DNA of 64,000 bases from Deltaproteobacteria bacterium (lineage in GTDB: Bacteria; Myxococcota_A; UBA9160; UBA4427), in contig JAFDEK010000001.1 in assembly GCA_019310385.1 (NCBI GenBank), positions 66,997 through 130,996 on the forward strand, written 5' to 3'. The translations under genes were made by a program, and so were the position numbers. Below are positions 8,419 through 19,062 of the stretch, in pieces. Below the pieces are notes generated by a model, which saw only the letters and a list, made by a program, of their open reading frames with translations, had not been told where the DNA came from and ran no database searches. The first letter of the stretch is position 1; the number at the start of each line of letters is the position of its first letter.

Positions 8419-9174
8419 TCAGCTCTTCTTCGCCAGCTCGGCGTCGATGACGCGCTTGAACTCGGCAAAGGGCTTCGCTCCTGCGAGGAAGCGACCGTTG
8501 ATGAAGAAGCCGGGCGTTCCCGTCACGCCGAGCACGCTGGCCTGCTTCTTGTCCGCCTCGACGCGCTTCTTCACCTTGGCGGACTTGGCGTCCTCCTTGA
8601 AGCGCGAAACGTCGAGGCCGATCTCCTCCGCGTAGGTGACGTACTTGGCCTCGGACATGCCCCTCTGGTCGGAGAAGATCTTGTCGTGCATCTCCCAGAA
8701 CTTGCCCTGCTGGTGCGCGGCTTCGGCGGCCGCGTGGGCGGCCGGCGCCTTGGCGTGGAAGGCCAGGGGCAGGTGCTTGAAGACGATGCGAACGTCCTGC
8801 CCGTAGGCCTTCTCGATCTGGCTCAGGGTCGGGCCCACCCTCGAGCAGAAGGGGCATTGGAAGTCCGAGAACTCGATCAGGGTCACCTTGGCGACATCCG
8901 CGCCGCCTCCCTTGCTCGGGGAGTCGCCCGCCTTCACGTTGTAGACCTTTGCGGGGTCGGGCCCGCGCCGCGGCGGCGCGGCGGCTGCCTTCGGCGCCGG
9001 AGCCGCCGCGGCCGCCTTGGCGAGCTCCGTCTTCATGCTGTTGATGGCGGCCTCGACCGCCGGGATCTGCTCGGCCGCCTGATCGAGGGACTGGGAGATC
9101 AAGAAGGATCCCCCGAGCATGCACACGCCGAGGATCACCGCCGCAACGATCGCCTGGACTCCACTGTCTCCCAC
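8419..9174 (-). CDS. DsbA-family thiol:disulfide oxidoreductase, membrane-anchored
   Basis: N-terminal hydrophobic helix, thioredoxin-fold active site FSDFQCPFCSRV, and C-terminal GVTGTPGFFINGR. GTG start. Confidence 0.85.
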   Translation of the reverse strand: MGDSGVQAIVAAVILGVCMLGGSFLISQSLDQAAEQIPAVEAAINSMKTELAKAAAAAPAPKAAAAPPRRGPDPAKVYNVKAGDSPSKGGGADVAKVTLIEFSDFQCPFCSRVGPTLSQIEKAYGQDVRIVFKHLPLAFHAKAPAAHAAAEAAHQQGKFWEMHDKIFSDQRGMSEAKYVTYAEEIGLDVSRFKEDAKSAKVKKRVEADKKQASVLGVTGTPGFFINGRFLAGAKPFAEFKRVIDAELAKKS

Positions 9175-9240
9175 TTTCCGACCTCCTTCTCTAACTTCAA
9201 CTTCTCTAAGGGTCTGTCGCTCACTTGATCTCTGGCTCTA

Positions 9241-9268
9241 TCTCTCGGTCTCTCTCTCGGTCTCTCTC
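9241..9268. repeat. 12-nt pyrimidine-rich tandem repeat (about 2.3 copies) in the dsbA upstream region
   Basis: TCTCTCGGTCTC at 9241-9252 and 9253-9264, then a partial copy. Lies between the cca stop and the dsbA start. Confidence 0.8.
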
Positions 9269-9336
9269 CGGGAGATCGGCCGCGCAATTCGCGGCCAGCC
9301 AGTATAGCGCGTGAAGCAGAGCACGGTGTGCGCGTT

Positions 9337-10668
9337 CTAGTCACCCTCGTCCCCCTCGTCGCTGAGGGCGCGTCCGAGAATCTCTTCGACGCGGGTCGAG
9401 CCGCTCTCGTCCTGGATGGCCCGGCAGCGCCGCAGCACGGCGCCCACCCGGGGGCCCGGCGGGACTCCCCGCGCGACGACGTGCCTCCCCATTACGACGT
9501 CGCGCGGCCCCGCCTCGTTCAGCGCCAACTCGCGCATGGCCGCGAGAAAACGCTCAACCGGATCGCAGCTCCGGGCCAGCGCCTCCTCGGTGGTGCGCCC
9601 CAGATGATCGGCCCGAGCGAGGCGATAGAGCAGCTCGGCGTCGACGCCGGCGGCGGCCAGCTTGCGCGCCAGGCGCCTGTAGGCCTTCGCATGTGCGCCG
9701 GACCCGACCAGGCGCGCCGGAGCGAGGTGGTGCCGCACCAGGGCCTCGACCCGGGTAACGAGCTCGCCGGCTGCGCGGAGCCCGCCGAGGAAGCGACCCG
9801 TGATGGCGGCGCCCACAGCTTCGTGGCGAGGTGAACGAAGCGGCTCCCCGTCAGCGTTCGTCGTATCCGGCTTGCCCAGGTCGTGGCACAGCGCGCCCAG
9901 CATGAGGGCGAGATCGTCGCGCGCCTCGCCTTGCCGCAGCCCTGCCGCTTCGTCGACCACCATCAGGGTGTGGGTCCACACACAGCCCTCGGGATGCCAG
10001 CGGGGATCCTGGGGCACGCCGACCAACGCGGAGAGCTCGGGAAAGAAGCGCAGCAAGCCCGCTTCTTCCAGGAAGCGCAGGCCATCGGCGGGCCGCGCGC
10101 TCTTCAGCAGCAGCTTGCGCAGCTCTTCGAAGACCCGCTCCCTGGACACTCCGCCGAGGTCCAGCCCCGCGCACAGAGCGCGCAGCTCCCCATCGGGCTC
10201 GCAGTCGAAACGCGCGAGCAGCTGCGCCACTCTCAGCCCCCGCAGCGGATCGTCGCCGAAGCGGGCGCGATCCGTAGCGCGCAGGACGCGCCGATCCAGG
10301 TCTCGCCGGCCGCCGTGGGGGTCGATCAGCTCACCGGAGAGCGGATCCCACGCCATGCTGTTGATGGTGAGATCACGCCGGCGCGCCGCCTCCGTGAAGC
10401 CCAGGTGGGGGTCGAAGGCTCGCCCCGGCCTCGTGCCGCCCGCACCCGCCGCGGCCAGACTATCGCGGTGCGGCAGGGAGAAGTCGGCGTCGAGCTTCCC
10501 GACCCGCATGACGCCAAAGGCACGGCCCACGTGAATGACCCGGCCGAAGTGGCCGAGCAGGGTCTCCGCCGTGCTCGCGTCGAGGCCGTGGAGCTCGACG
10601 TCGAAGTCCTCGTCCGATCCGGCGCCGCCGGGATCGAAGAGCTGATCCCGCACCCAACCGCCCACCAC
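9337..10668 (-). CDS. cca: CCA-adding tRNA nucleotidyltransferase with C-terminal HD domain
   Basis: Class II nucleotidyltransferase head (VVGGWVRDQLF, DFDVE, RRDLTINSMAW, FGDDPLRGLRVAQLLARF) plus an HD motif (LGALCHDLGKP). The GTG start sits directly at the GG motif. The frame stays open upstream without an ATG/GTG/TTG, so the true start is uncertain. Confidence 0.8.
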   Translation of the reverse strand: MVGGWVRDQLFDPGGAGSDEDFDVELHGLDASTAETLLGHFGRVIHVGRAFGVMRVGKLDADFSLPHRDSLAAAGAGGTRPGRAFDPHLGFTEAARRRDLTINSMAWDPLSGELIDPHGGRRDLDRRVLRATDRARFGDDPLRGLRVAQLLARFDCEPDGELRALCAGLDLGGVSRERVFEELRKLLLKSARPADGLRFLEEAGLLRFFPELSALVGVPQDPRWHPEGCVWTHTLMVVDEAAGLRQGEARDDLALMLGALCHDLGKPDTTNADGEPLRSPRHEAVGAAITGRFLGGLRAAGELVTRVEALVRHHLAPARLVGSGAHAKAYRRLARKLAAAGVDAELLYRLARADHLGRTTEEALARSCDPVERFLAAMRELALNEAGPRDVVMGRHVVARGVPPGPRVGAVLRRCRAIQDESGSTRVEEILGRALSDEGDEGD

Positions 10669-10750
10669 GAGAGCCCGACCGCCGGCGGCCGCGCAGGACT
10701 CTGCCAGCTCTCGCAGCCAATCGGGCGCCGGCCGCTCGATGCGCTCGGCT

Positions 10751-10993
10751 TCAGAGCTCCTCGTCTTCGTCCACCTGCTTGATGCGAATCGGATGAGGGG
10801 CGAACTCGGGACCGTCCGCCCAGCCCGGAAGCTCCGCTGCCGCCACCAGCCACGACTCGGCGATCGAGCTCTCGAGCAGGACGTCGTTGTTGTCGAAGCC
10901 CTCCGCGACGCTCTCCCACAGATCGCGGCCGCCGCTATCCCACCACATGGGGCTGCTGTTTTCGAAGTCGATTGCGAGCTTCACCATCTTCAT
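10751..10993 (-). CDS. Small acidic hypothetical protein (80 aa)
   Basis: Only the last 80 codons of the listed 10751..12010 ORF look protein-like (MKMVKLAIDFENSSPMWWDSGGRDLWESVAEGF...VDEDEEL). ATG at 10993, and the gene fills the gap between the ATL gene and cca. I recognise no family. Confidence 0.4.
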   Translation of the reverse strand: MKMVKLAIDFENSSPMWWDSGGRDLWESVAEGFDNNDVLLESSIAESWLVAAAELPGWADGPEFAPHPIRIKQVDEDEEL

Positions 10994-11015
10994 CACAGTC
11001 GGGTCATCTCGGTCA

Positions 11016-11375
11016 TCATCGCGGGCGGATTGTAGCCGAGCCCGATGCAGCTGCCCTGCCGGCCCGCGGCTTCCAGCCCTGCCTTGCGAGATCGATGCGA
11101 TCGCGTTGGTCGAAGAGGATCCCCTCGGCCTCGAGTAGCTGCCGCTGTACCTGCTCCATGACGGGCTCGGCACGACGGCTGATCCGGCCCTGGGCATTGA
11201 CGACCCGCTGCCAGGGAAGCGGGTCGTCTTCACCGATCGCGTGCAGGGCATAGCCGACCTGGCGCGCGCATCCGGGGAGCCCGGCCAGGGAGGCGACCTG
11301 CCCGTAGGTCGCGACACGGCCCCGCGGTACGCGGCGTACGACGGCGTAGATCCGTCGGTAGGCCTCACTCGCCAT
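11016..11375 (-). CDS. Alkyltransferase-like (ATL) protein, MGMT DNA-binding domain without the acceptor cysteine
   Basis: VATYGQVASLAGLPGCARQVGYAL...LPWQRVVNAQGRIS closely parallels E. coli YbaZ (LPWHRVVNRHGTIS). Trp occupies the position of the PCHRV cysteine. The 119-aa single-domain size fits. Confidence 0.8.
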   Translation of the reverse strand: MASEAYRRIYAVVRRVPRGRVATYGQVASLAGLPGCARQVGYALHAIGEDDPLPWQRVVNAQGRISRRAEPVMEQVQRQLLEAEGILFDQRDRIDLARQGWKPRAGRAAASGSATIRPR

Positions 11376-11420
11376 GAGCCGACCGCCCGCGCGCTGGGGC
11401 CGACCCGCGACGCCGCGAGC

Positions 11421-13544
11421 TCACGCGGCCTCCCGGGTGAGGCCCGAATGTCGTAGCAGCGCCTCCACTTCGGCATCCCGCCCCCGGAAGGCTCGGAACA
11501 CCTCCATGGGCGCGCGGCTCCCGCCCAGGGCGAGGACCGTATCGCGGAAGCGCCGCCCGGTCTCGGCCACCGCCTCGCAGTCGCCGAGACCGGCCTCTTC
11601 GAAGGCCGCAAAGGCGTCGGCGGACAGCACCTCGGCCCACTTGTAGCTGTAGTAGCCAGCCGCATAGCCACCGGCGAAGATGTGCCCGAAGCTGCAGAGG
11701 AAGCGGTCCTCGGGAAGGGGCGGCAGCACCGTCGTCTCGCGTGCGATCCGGCGCTGCACGGCGAAGGGATCCTCGGAGCCATTGGGGTCGTAGCGACCGT
11801 GCAGCTCGAGGTCTGTCGAGCTGAAGTAGAGCTGTCGCAACATGGCGCTGCCCGCCCGGTAGGTCCGCGCCGCGTCGAGCTTGTCGAAGAGTCCATCGGG
11901 CAGGGGCTCGCCGGTCTCGAAGTGGGCGCTGACCTCTTGCAGGGTCTCCCGCTGGTAGCACCAATTCTCCATGAACTGGGAGGGCAGCTCCACGGCGTCC
12001 CACTCGACATTGCGGATCCCGGCCGCGAGTCCGAAATCGACCTGGGTCAGCATGTGCTGCAGCCCGTGGCCGAACTCGTGGAAGAGAGTCGTCACCTCGG
12101 CGAAGCTCATCAGCGAGGGCTTCCCTTCGACGGGCGGAGTCTGGTTGCAGACGAGGTAGGCGACGGGCAGCCGCACGGCCTCGCCGCGGCCCGCGAGCAG
12201 TCGGCTGCGCCCCACGCACTCGTCCATCCAGGCTCCTCCGCGCTTCTCCTGGGGGCGGCTGTAGGGATCGAGGAAGAAGGCCGCGATGGGGCTGCCGCCC
12301 TCGTCGCAAACGCGAAAGAAGCGCACGTCTTCGTGCCAAATGGGTGCCTCGCCGTCCGCCGCCCTGATCGTTACGCCGAAGAGTCGATGCGCGAGGGCGA
12401 AGAGGCCTTCGAGCACCTTCGGCAGCGGGAAGTAGGGACGCAGCTCTTCCTCGCTGTAGTCGAAGCGGTGCTCGCGCAGGCGCTCGGCCCAGAACGCCAC
12501 GTCCCAGTGGCGCAGGGGCCCGGCCTCGGGATCGCCTTCGTCGGCGTGAGCTTGCAGATCCCCCAGATCGCGCTGCGCCGCGCCGTAGGAGACCCCACGC
12601 AGCTCTTCGAGGAGCCGCTCCACGGCTGCCACGTCCGGGGCCATCTTGCTCGCCAGGCTCAGCTCGGCGAAGTTTGCATAGCCGAGCAGCTGCGCCTCCT
12701 CGCGCCGCAGCGCCAGCTCCCGGGAGATCACCGGCGCGTTGTCCAGCTCGCCGTCGCTCGCCCGGGAAACATAAGCGCGATAGAGCTTCTCCCGCAGATC
12801 GCGCCGGCGGCCATGCTCCAGGTAGGGAAAGAAGCTCGGCTGGTCGAGGGTGACGCGCCAGGGCCCCGCTTCGGCCGTGGCGTCGGCTTCGCCGGCCTCT
12901 TCCCGAGCCGATTGGGCAGCCAGCTCCCGCCAGCTCGCCGGCAGCCCCTCGACATCTGCCGCATCGCGCAGCACCAGGTCATAGGTCTTGGTGGCATCGA
13001 GGACGTGATTGCTGAAGCGCGTCGTGAGCTCCGCCAGCTCTTCCTGGATGGCGTTGAAGCGATCCCGCGCCTCCCCTTCCAGCCCCACGCCGGCGTGTCG
13101 CGCGTCGCGCAGCAGACTCTCGATGATGCGCTGCTGGGCGGCTTCGAGGGAGGACCAATTCGCCCCCTCCCGCATGGCGAGCAGCGCCTCGTAGAGCGGT
13201 CGGCTCTGGGAAAGCCGCAGGCCGAAGCCGACGACTTCGGCGAGCACCTCGTCGTGGGCCGCGCGCAGGGCATCACTGTTCTTGACGCCCATCAGGTGCC
13301 CGACCGCGCCCCAGCTGAATCCAAAGCGGTCGTTGAGCCGCTCCAGGGGCTCGATCACGCGCTCCCAGCTCGGCTCGATCCCGGCCTCGAGGGCCTCGAG
13401 CTCGGTCTGCAGCTCGCAGAGCAGCCTGCGCATGCCGGGCACCACGTGGCGGGCCTCGATGCGGTCGAAGGCCGGCAGTCCGCCCCAGGCGAGGAGCGGG
13501 TTGTCCGCTTCTTCTTCGACCCTGTGCTCTTCTTCGGCCACCAC
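11421..13544 (-). CDS. prlC: Oligopeptidase A (M3 family zinc metallopeptidase)
   Basis: HEFGH zinc motif (TTLFHEFGHGLQHML). The N-terminus ADNPLLAWGGLPAFDRIEARHVVP aligns with E. coli PrlC TNPLLTPFSLPPFSAIKPEHVVP. Start is placed at a GTG near 13544; the listed ORF extends to 13619. Confidence 0.88.
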   Translation of the reverse strand: MVAEEEHRVEEEADNPLLAWGGLPAFDRIEARHVVPGMRRLLCELQTELEALEAGIEPSWERVIEPLERLNDRFGFSWGAVGHLMGVKNSDALRAAHDEVLAEVVGFGLRLSQSRPLYEALLAMREGANWSSLEAAQQRIIESLLRDARHAGVGLEGEARDRFNAIQEELAELTTRFSNHVLDATKTYDLVLRDAADVEGLPASWRELAAQSAREEAGEADATAEAGPWRVTLDQPSFFPYLEHGRRRDLREKLYRAYVSRASDGELDNAPVISRELALRREEAQLLGYANFAELSLASKMAPDVAAVERLLEELRGVSYGAAQRDLGDLQAHADEGDPEAGPLRHWDVAFWAERLREHRFDYSEEELRPYFPLPKVLEGLFALAHRLFGVTIRAADGEAPIWHEDVRFFRVCDEGGSPIAAFFLDPYSRPQEKRGGAWMDECVGRSRLLAGRGEAVRLPVAYLVCNQTPPVEGKPSLMSFAEVTTLFHEFGHGLQHMLTQVDFGLAAGIRNVEWDAVELPSQFMENWCYQRETLQEVSAHFETGEPLPDGLFDKLDAARTYRAGSAMLRQLYFSSTDLELHGRYDPNGSEDPFAVQRRIARETTVLPPLPEDRFLCSFGHIFAGGYAAGYYSYKWAEVLSADAFAAFEEAGLGDCEAVAETGRRFRDTVLALGGSRAPMEVFRAFRGRDAEVEALLRHSGLTREAA

Positions 13545-13661
13545 TCTGGAGCCCTCCTCGCCCACGCTACGCCCTCCCAGCCACTGGCCACGCCCGAGCC
13601 CGTCCCCGCAGCTCCTCATGCGCCATCGCCTTCCAGCAATGGAGGCAGAGCTAAGCCCAGA

Positions 13662-15152
13662 TCACCTCACGGCACCAGACGCGCCGCCGGATCGCGGCGG
13701 CAGGAGCGAGCCCGCTACCGCGACGGCGAGGTTGACCGCCAGCCCGAGCACGCCCACGTGGATGCCTCCCATGCGCGGGATGCCCGCCACCGTGAACCCG
13801 ACCCCGAAGCAGGTCCCCGCGACGAGTCCGGCAAGAGTGGGCGCGGCGCGCAATCCGCGCCAGTGCAGCGCCAGCAGGAATGCGGGCACGCATTGGATGA
13901 GCAGCTCCATCTTCAGCTCGATCAGGCGCCACAGGGTCAGCTCGCGCCACAGAGCCAGGGGCACCATGGCGAGCAGGAGCAGCGCGGCCAGCCACTTACC
14001 GCGCCGCGCACTCTCCTGGCCCCGGGCGGACGAGGGCAGCAGATCCCGCGCGGTCAGGGAGCCCAGGGAGAGCAGGCAGGAATCGGCGGTCGACATGATG
14101 GCCGCCAGGACGCCGACGAAGACGAGAACGGCGCCGGCCGTCGCGACGCCACCGCCCCCCTCGGCCCACTGGCCGAGGAGCCGAGGCATGACCTCGTCCG
14201 TGGCCACGCGCTCCAGACCCTGCAGGCGTGGTATGGCGGCAAGCCCGATGAGGGTCACGACCAACGTGGTCACCAGGGGCATGAAGCTCATGAGCGCAAA
14301 GGAGCGCCGCAGCGCGCGGGCGTCCCGGGCCGCGTAGATGCGCTGAATCGCCTGGGGGTAGATCACGCTCGCCAGACCGAGCAGAACGATCGTGCTGAAC
14401 CAGCTCGCACAGCTGCGCGCATCGGGGACCGCCACCGCCTCGGGACGCACCGCTGCCACGGCACGGGTCACGCCCCCCACCCCCCCCGCCTGGCCGAGCA
14501 GCCAGCTCAGCAGCGCCGCAAGACCGAAGAGCATCAAGACACCCTGGGCGGCGTCCGTCCAGGCCACCGCGCGCATCCCACCGCGGGTTTCGTAGAGCAG
14601 GATGAGCCCGGCAAGCCCCACCACGCCCACCTCGTAGGGGAGGAGATCTCCCGTCATTATGCTCGCCACGTGCCCCATGGCCTTGAGCTGGGCAAGCAGG
14701 AAGTTCAAGAGCGCGAGGGTCATGAGCAGGCCGACGCAGGTCGCGAGGGCGGTGGCCGCCCTCCCCGTCTCGCGGCCCGGCTGCAACCCATCGACGCCGA
14801 AGCGATGACGGATCCAGTCCCCGGGCGTCACGAAGGCATGCACGACGGCAAGGGGCCGCAGTCGCGGAACGAGAGCGTGGAAGACCACGACGATGGACAG
14901 CATGAAGCCCGTCGCCATGACGAAGGAGAAGCCACTCACATAGGCGCGACCCGGATAGCCGAGCAGTGAGTTTCCGCTGTACGCGGTGGCGTAGAGGGTC
15001 AGGAAGAGGACCGGGGTGCCGAGCTCCCGCGCCGCCAGGAAGTGGTCGCTGGGCGAGTCGTCCCGGCGCGCGCGGCGGGCGGCTTCGGCCACCACGAGCA
15101 GGGCCACGAGGTAGACCACCACGGCGACGACGCCCAGGACCTCGAGGCTCAC
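13662..15152 (-). CDS. Sodium:solute symporter (SSS) family transporter
   Basis: Multi-helix protein of about 496 aa with an SSS-like N-terminus (SDHFLAARELGTPVLFLTLYATAYSGNSLLGYPG). Its GTG start overlaps the upstream DUF3311 stop (GTGA). Confidence 0.85.
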   Translation of the reverse strand: MSLEVLGVVAVVVYLVALLVVAEAARRARRDDSPSDHFLAARELGTPVLFLTLYATAYSGNSLLGYPGRAYVSGFSFVMATGFMLSIVVVFHALVPRLRPLAVVHAFVTPGDWIRHRFGVDGLQPGRETGRAATALATCVGLLMTLALLNFLLAQLKAMGHVASIMTGDLLPYEVGVVGLAGLILLYETRGGMRAVAWTDAAQGVLMLFGLAALLSWLLGQAGGVGGVTRAVAAVRPEAVAVPDARSCASWFSTIVLLGLASVIYPQAIQRIYAARDARALRRSFALMSFMPLVTTLVVTLIGLAAIPRLQGLERVATDEVMPRLLGQWAEGGGGVATAGAVLVFVGVLAAIMSTADSCLLSLGSLTARDLLPSSARGQESARRGKWLAALLLLAMVPLALWRELTLWRLIELKMELLIQCVPAFLLALHWRGLRAAPTLAGLVAGTCFGVGFTVAGIPRMGGIHVGVLGLAVNLAVAVAGSLLPPRSGGASGAVR

Positions 15153-15448
15153 GGCGTAGCTTCCCGATTCGCCGGCGGCTCCGCCCCGGGGTCTTCTTCC
15201 AGGGATTCTTCCAGAGCCTCTTCCAGGGAATCGTCCAGGGAATCGTGCACGTCGCTGAGCAGCCAGGCGCCCGCGTTGAGGAAGGCCGCGGCGGCGTAGC
15301 AGACGAGCGCTACCGCGACCCAGTCTGGAAGCCCGAAGAGCATGCCGGGCGGATCGCCCGTGCCGGCCCGACGGTACCAGGGAACCGACACGACGAAGAG
15401 CAGTCCGATCAGGGCGAGCAGCGAACGCCTCAGCCAGACGCGCCGCAC
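15149..15448 (-). CDS. DUF3311-like small membrane protein with acidic repeat tail
   Basis: Two predicted TM helices (LLALIGLLFVVSVPWY; WVAVALVCYAAAAFLNAGAWLL), placed directly upstream of and overlapping an SSS transporter gene, the usual DUF3311 context. The tail HDSLDDSLEEALEESLEED is encoded by imperfect 12-nt repeats. Confidence 0.6.
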   Translation of the reverse strand: MRRVWLRRSLLALIGLLFVVSVPWYRRAGTGDPPGMLFGLPDWVAVALVCYAAAAFLNAGAWLLSDVHDSLDDSLEEALEESLEEDPGAEPPANREATP

Positions 15449-15449
15449 C

Positions 15450-17054
<1,605 letters not shown>

Positions 17055-17137
17055 ACAACATCCATGTGTTCCCCCAACATCCCCGGGGCGGGGCGTCTCG
17101 CTTCCCGGCGGGGCCGGGCCACGCGTTTTCGCCGAAT

Positions 17138-17800
17138 CTACTGGGGCGTCAGGCAAGCGGGGTCGTCGTTGCTCGCATTGTTGACGTGGCGGCTCACGGG
17201 AACCACATCGAGCCAGTCCTCCGGGCAGGGCACGAGCAGGTCCGCGACGGCTGCAGCCTCGCGCTGCCCGGGGTCCAGCCAGCGGCCGAAGCTACGGGGC
17301 TCCAGAATGACGGGCATGCGCTGGTGTAGCTCTCGCACCACGCGGTTGGCCTCGCAGGTCAGCAAGGTGCATGATTCGATCACCTCGCCCCCCTCCCCGG
17401 TCCAGCGCTCCCACAGACCCGCGATACCGAAGGGCTGGCTATCGCGCATGCGAATCAGAAAGGGACGACGCTCGGGACCGCGCCCGGACCACTCGAAGAA
17501 GCCGTCTGCGGGAACGATGCAGCGGCGCGAACGCATGGCGTTGCGAAAGGAGGGTTTCTGCGCGGCCGTTTCGCTGCGAGCGTTGATCAGACGGTTGCCG
17601 ATGGCCGGATCTTTGGCCCAGGAGGGAATCAAGCCCCAGCGATGGGGCTCGAGCAGCCGGCGGCCCCCCTCCTCGCGCACGGCCGCGATCTCCTGGCTGG
17701 GCGCGATGTTGTAGCGGGGCCGCAGTCGCGGCGCGTTCTGCAGCTCGAAGCTGCGCGCGATCTCCTCGCCGCTGCTGGTCAGAGTGAAGCGTCCACACAC
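17138..17800 (-). CDS. SOS-response-associated peptidase (SRAP/YedK family)
   Basis: GTG-TGT-GGA-CGC-TTC at 17800 gives (M)CGRFTL, the family's conserved Cys2 N-terminus. Also PRYNIAPSQ, HRWGLIPSWAKD and CIVPADGFFEW. The listed ORF start at 17869 is probably too long. Confidence 0.85.
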   Translation of the reverse strand: MCGRFTLTSSGEEIARSFELQNAPRLRPRYNIAPSQEIAAVREEGGRRLLEPHRWGLIPSWAKDPAIGNRLINARSETAAQKPSFRNAMRSRRCIVPADGFFEWSGRGPERRPFLIRMRDSQPFGIAGLWERWTGEGGEVIESCTLLTCEANRVVRELHQRMPVILEPRSFGRWLDPGQREAAAVADLLVPCPEDWLDVVPVSRHVNNASNDDPACLTPQ

Positions 17801-17985
17801 GGATCGGGATCTCCTGCGAAGGCCGATTCGGCTCGACGAGCTGCTAGAATAGCCCGCCCAGCACCCCATGGAGTCGATGGATCCAACCCGGGCTCACGGT
17901 CCAGCGGGCGGCCCACGCCCCTGCGCCGCTCGCCCGACAGTCCGGCAAGCGCCGCAGCGGGACACAGACGAGGACGCGAGAATCG

Positions 17986-19062
17986 ATGAGCGAAGAGGAA
18001 GAAGCGGGCGAAGAGACGGGCGAAGAGACACGCGAAGAGATCGGGGAAGAGCACTACGCGGACCTCGGAGTACACGACCTCTCCCTCCCCTCCCTCGTCG
18101 CCCGGGGCTCCATCGGCGGCCTGCTCATGGGCCTCGCCAACCTCGTGCCGGGCATCAGCGGGGGCACGATGCTACTCGCCACCGGGGTGTATCCGGGCTT
18201 CATCGCCGGCATCGCGGAGCTCACGACCCTTCACTTCCGGCCCCGCTCGATCCTGCTCCTGGGCTCCATCGTGGGCACGGCGGCCCTGGGCATCCTGCTG
18301 CTCGCCGGCCTCATGCGCGAGCTCGTCATCGAGCAGCGTTGGATCATGTACAGCCTCTTCATCGGCCTGACCCTGGGCGGCGTACCGCTCGTATGGCGCC
18401 TCGCACGACCCGCCACCCCTGCCCTCTACGGCGGCGCACTGGCCTCCTTCCTCTTCATGCTCGCCATGCAGCTGGGTCTGGGCGGAGGCGGAACCGGAGG
18501 CGAAGCCAGCGTTCTCCTGCTCGGGCTCTCGGGCCTCGCGGGTGCGGGGGCCATGATCCTGCCCGGCGTGAGCGGCGGCTATCTGCTGCTCTTGCTGGGA
18601 CAGTACGAGGTCATCCTCGGCGCCATCGACACCCTGAAGCGCGGCCTCTTGAACGGTCTCGACTTCGCCTTGATCGGCGAAGCCCTCTGGATCGTCGTTC
18701 CAGTTGGCATCGGGGTCGTGCTCGGCGTGGTGGGGGTCAGCAATCTTCTGAAGTGGCTGCTCGAGCACTACGAAAAGGCCACCCTGGGCGCGCTGCTCGG
18801 ACTCTTGCTGGGGGCCGTGGTCGGACTCTGGCCCTTCCAGCAGCCCGCCGAGCCCGAGCTGGGCAGTCTGATCAAAGGACGCGTGGTGACCGAGGAGCGC
18901 CTTCCGCAGATCGACGTGAAGGACTGGCCCCTCGAGCGTTTCGGGCCCAGCCCGGGCCAGATGGGGGCGTCGCTCGGCATGGCCCTGGCGGGGCTCGGCG
19001 CGACCCTGCTGATCGCCCACGTCGGCCGAAGCGAGGACGAGACCGCACCCGGCGGCGGTTAG
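17986..19062 (+). CDS. DUF368-family membrane protein (polyprenyl-phosphate transporter family)
   Basis: GLLMGLANLVPGISGGTMLL is repeated later as AGAMILPGVSGGYLLLLLG, the internal duplication typical of DUF368. About 8-9 TM helices. The acidic N-terminal extension EEEAGEETGEETREEIGEE is encoded by imperfect 12-nt repeats. Confidence 0.8.
   Translation: MSEEEEAGEETGEETREEIGEEHYADLGVHDLSLPSLVARGSIGGLLMGLANLVPGISGGTMLLATGVYPGFIAGIAELTTLHFRPRSILLLGSIVGTAALGILLLAGLMRELVIEQRWIMYSLFIGLTLGGVPLVWRLARPATPALYGGALASFLFMLAMQLGLGGGGTGGEASVLLLGLSGLAGAGAMILPGVSGGYLLLLLGQYEVILGAIDTLKRGLLNGLDFALIGEALWIVVPVGIGVVLGVVGVSNLLKWLLEHYEKATLGALLGLLLGAVVGLWPFQQPAEPELGSLIKGRVVTEERLPQIDVKDWPLERFGPSPGQMGASLGMALAGLGATLLIAHVGRSEDETAPGGG

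Noticed and set aside
9277-9295. GGCCGCG-CAATT-CGCGGCC hairpin downstream of cca, as an intrinsic terminator.
   Set aside because: No U-tract follows on the cca strand, and GC palindromes of this size are frequent in this composition.
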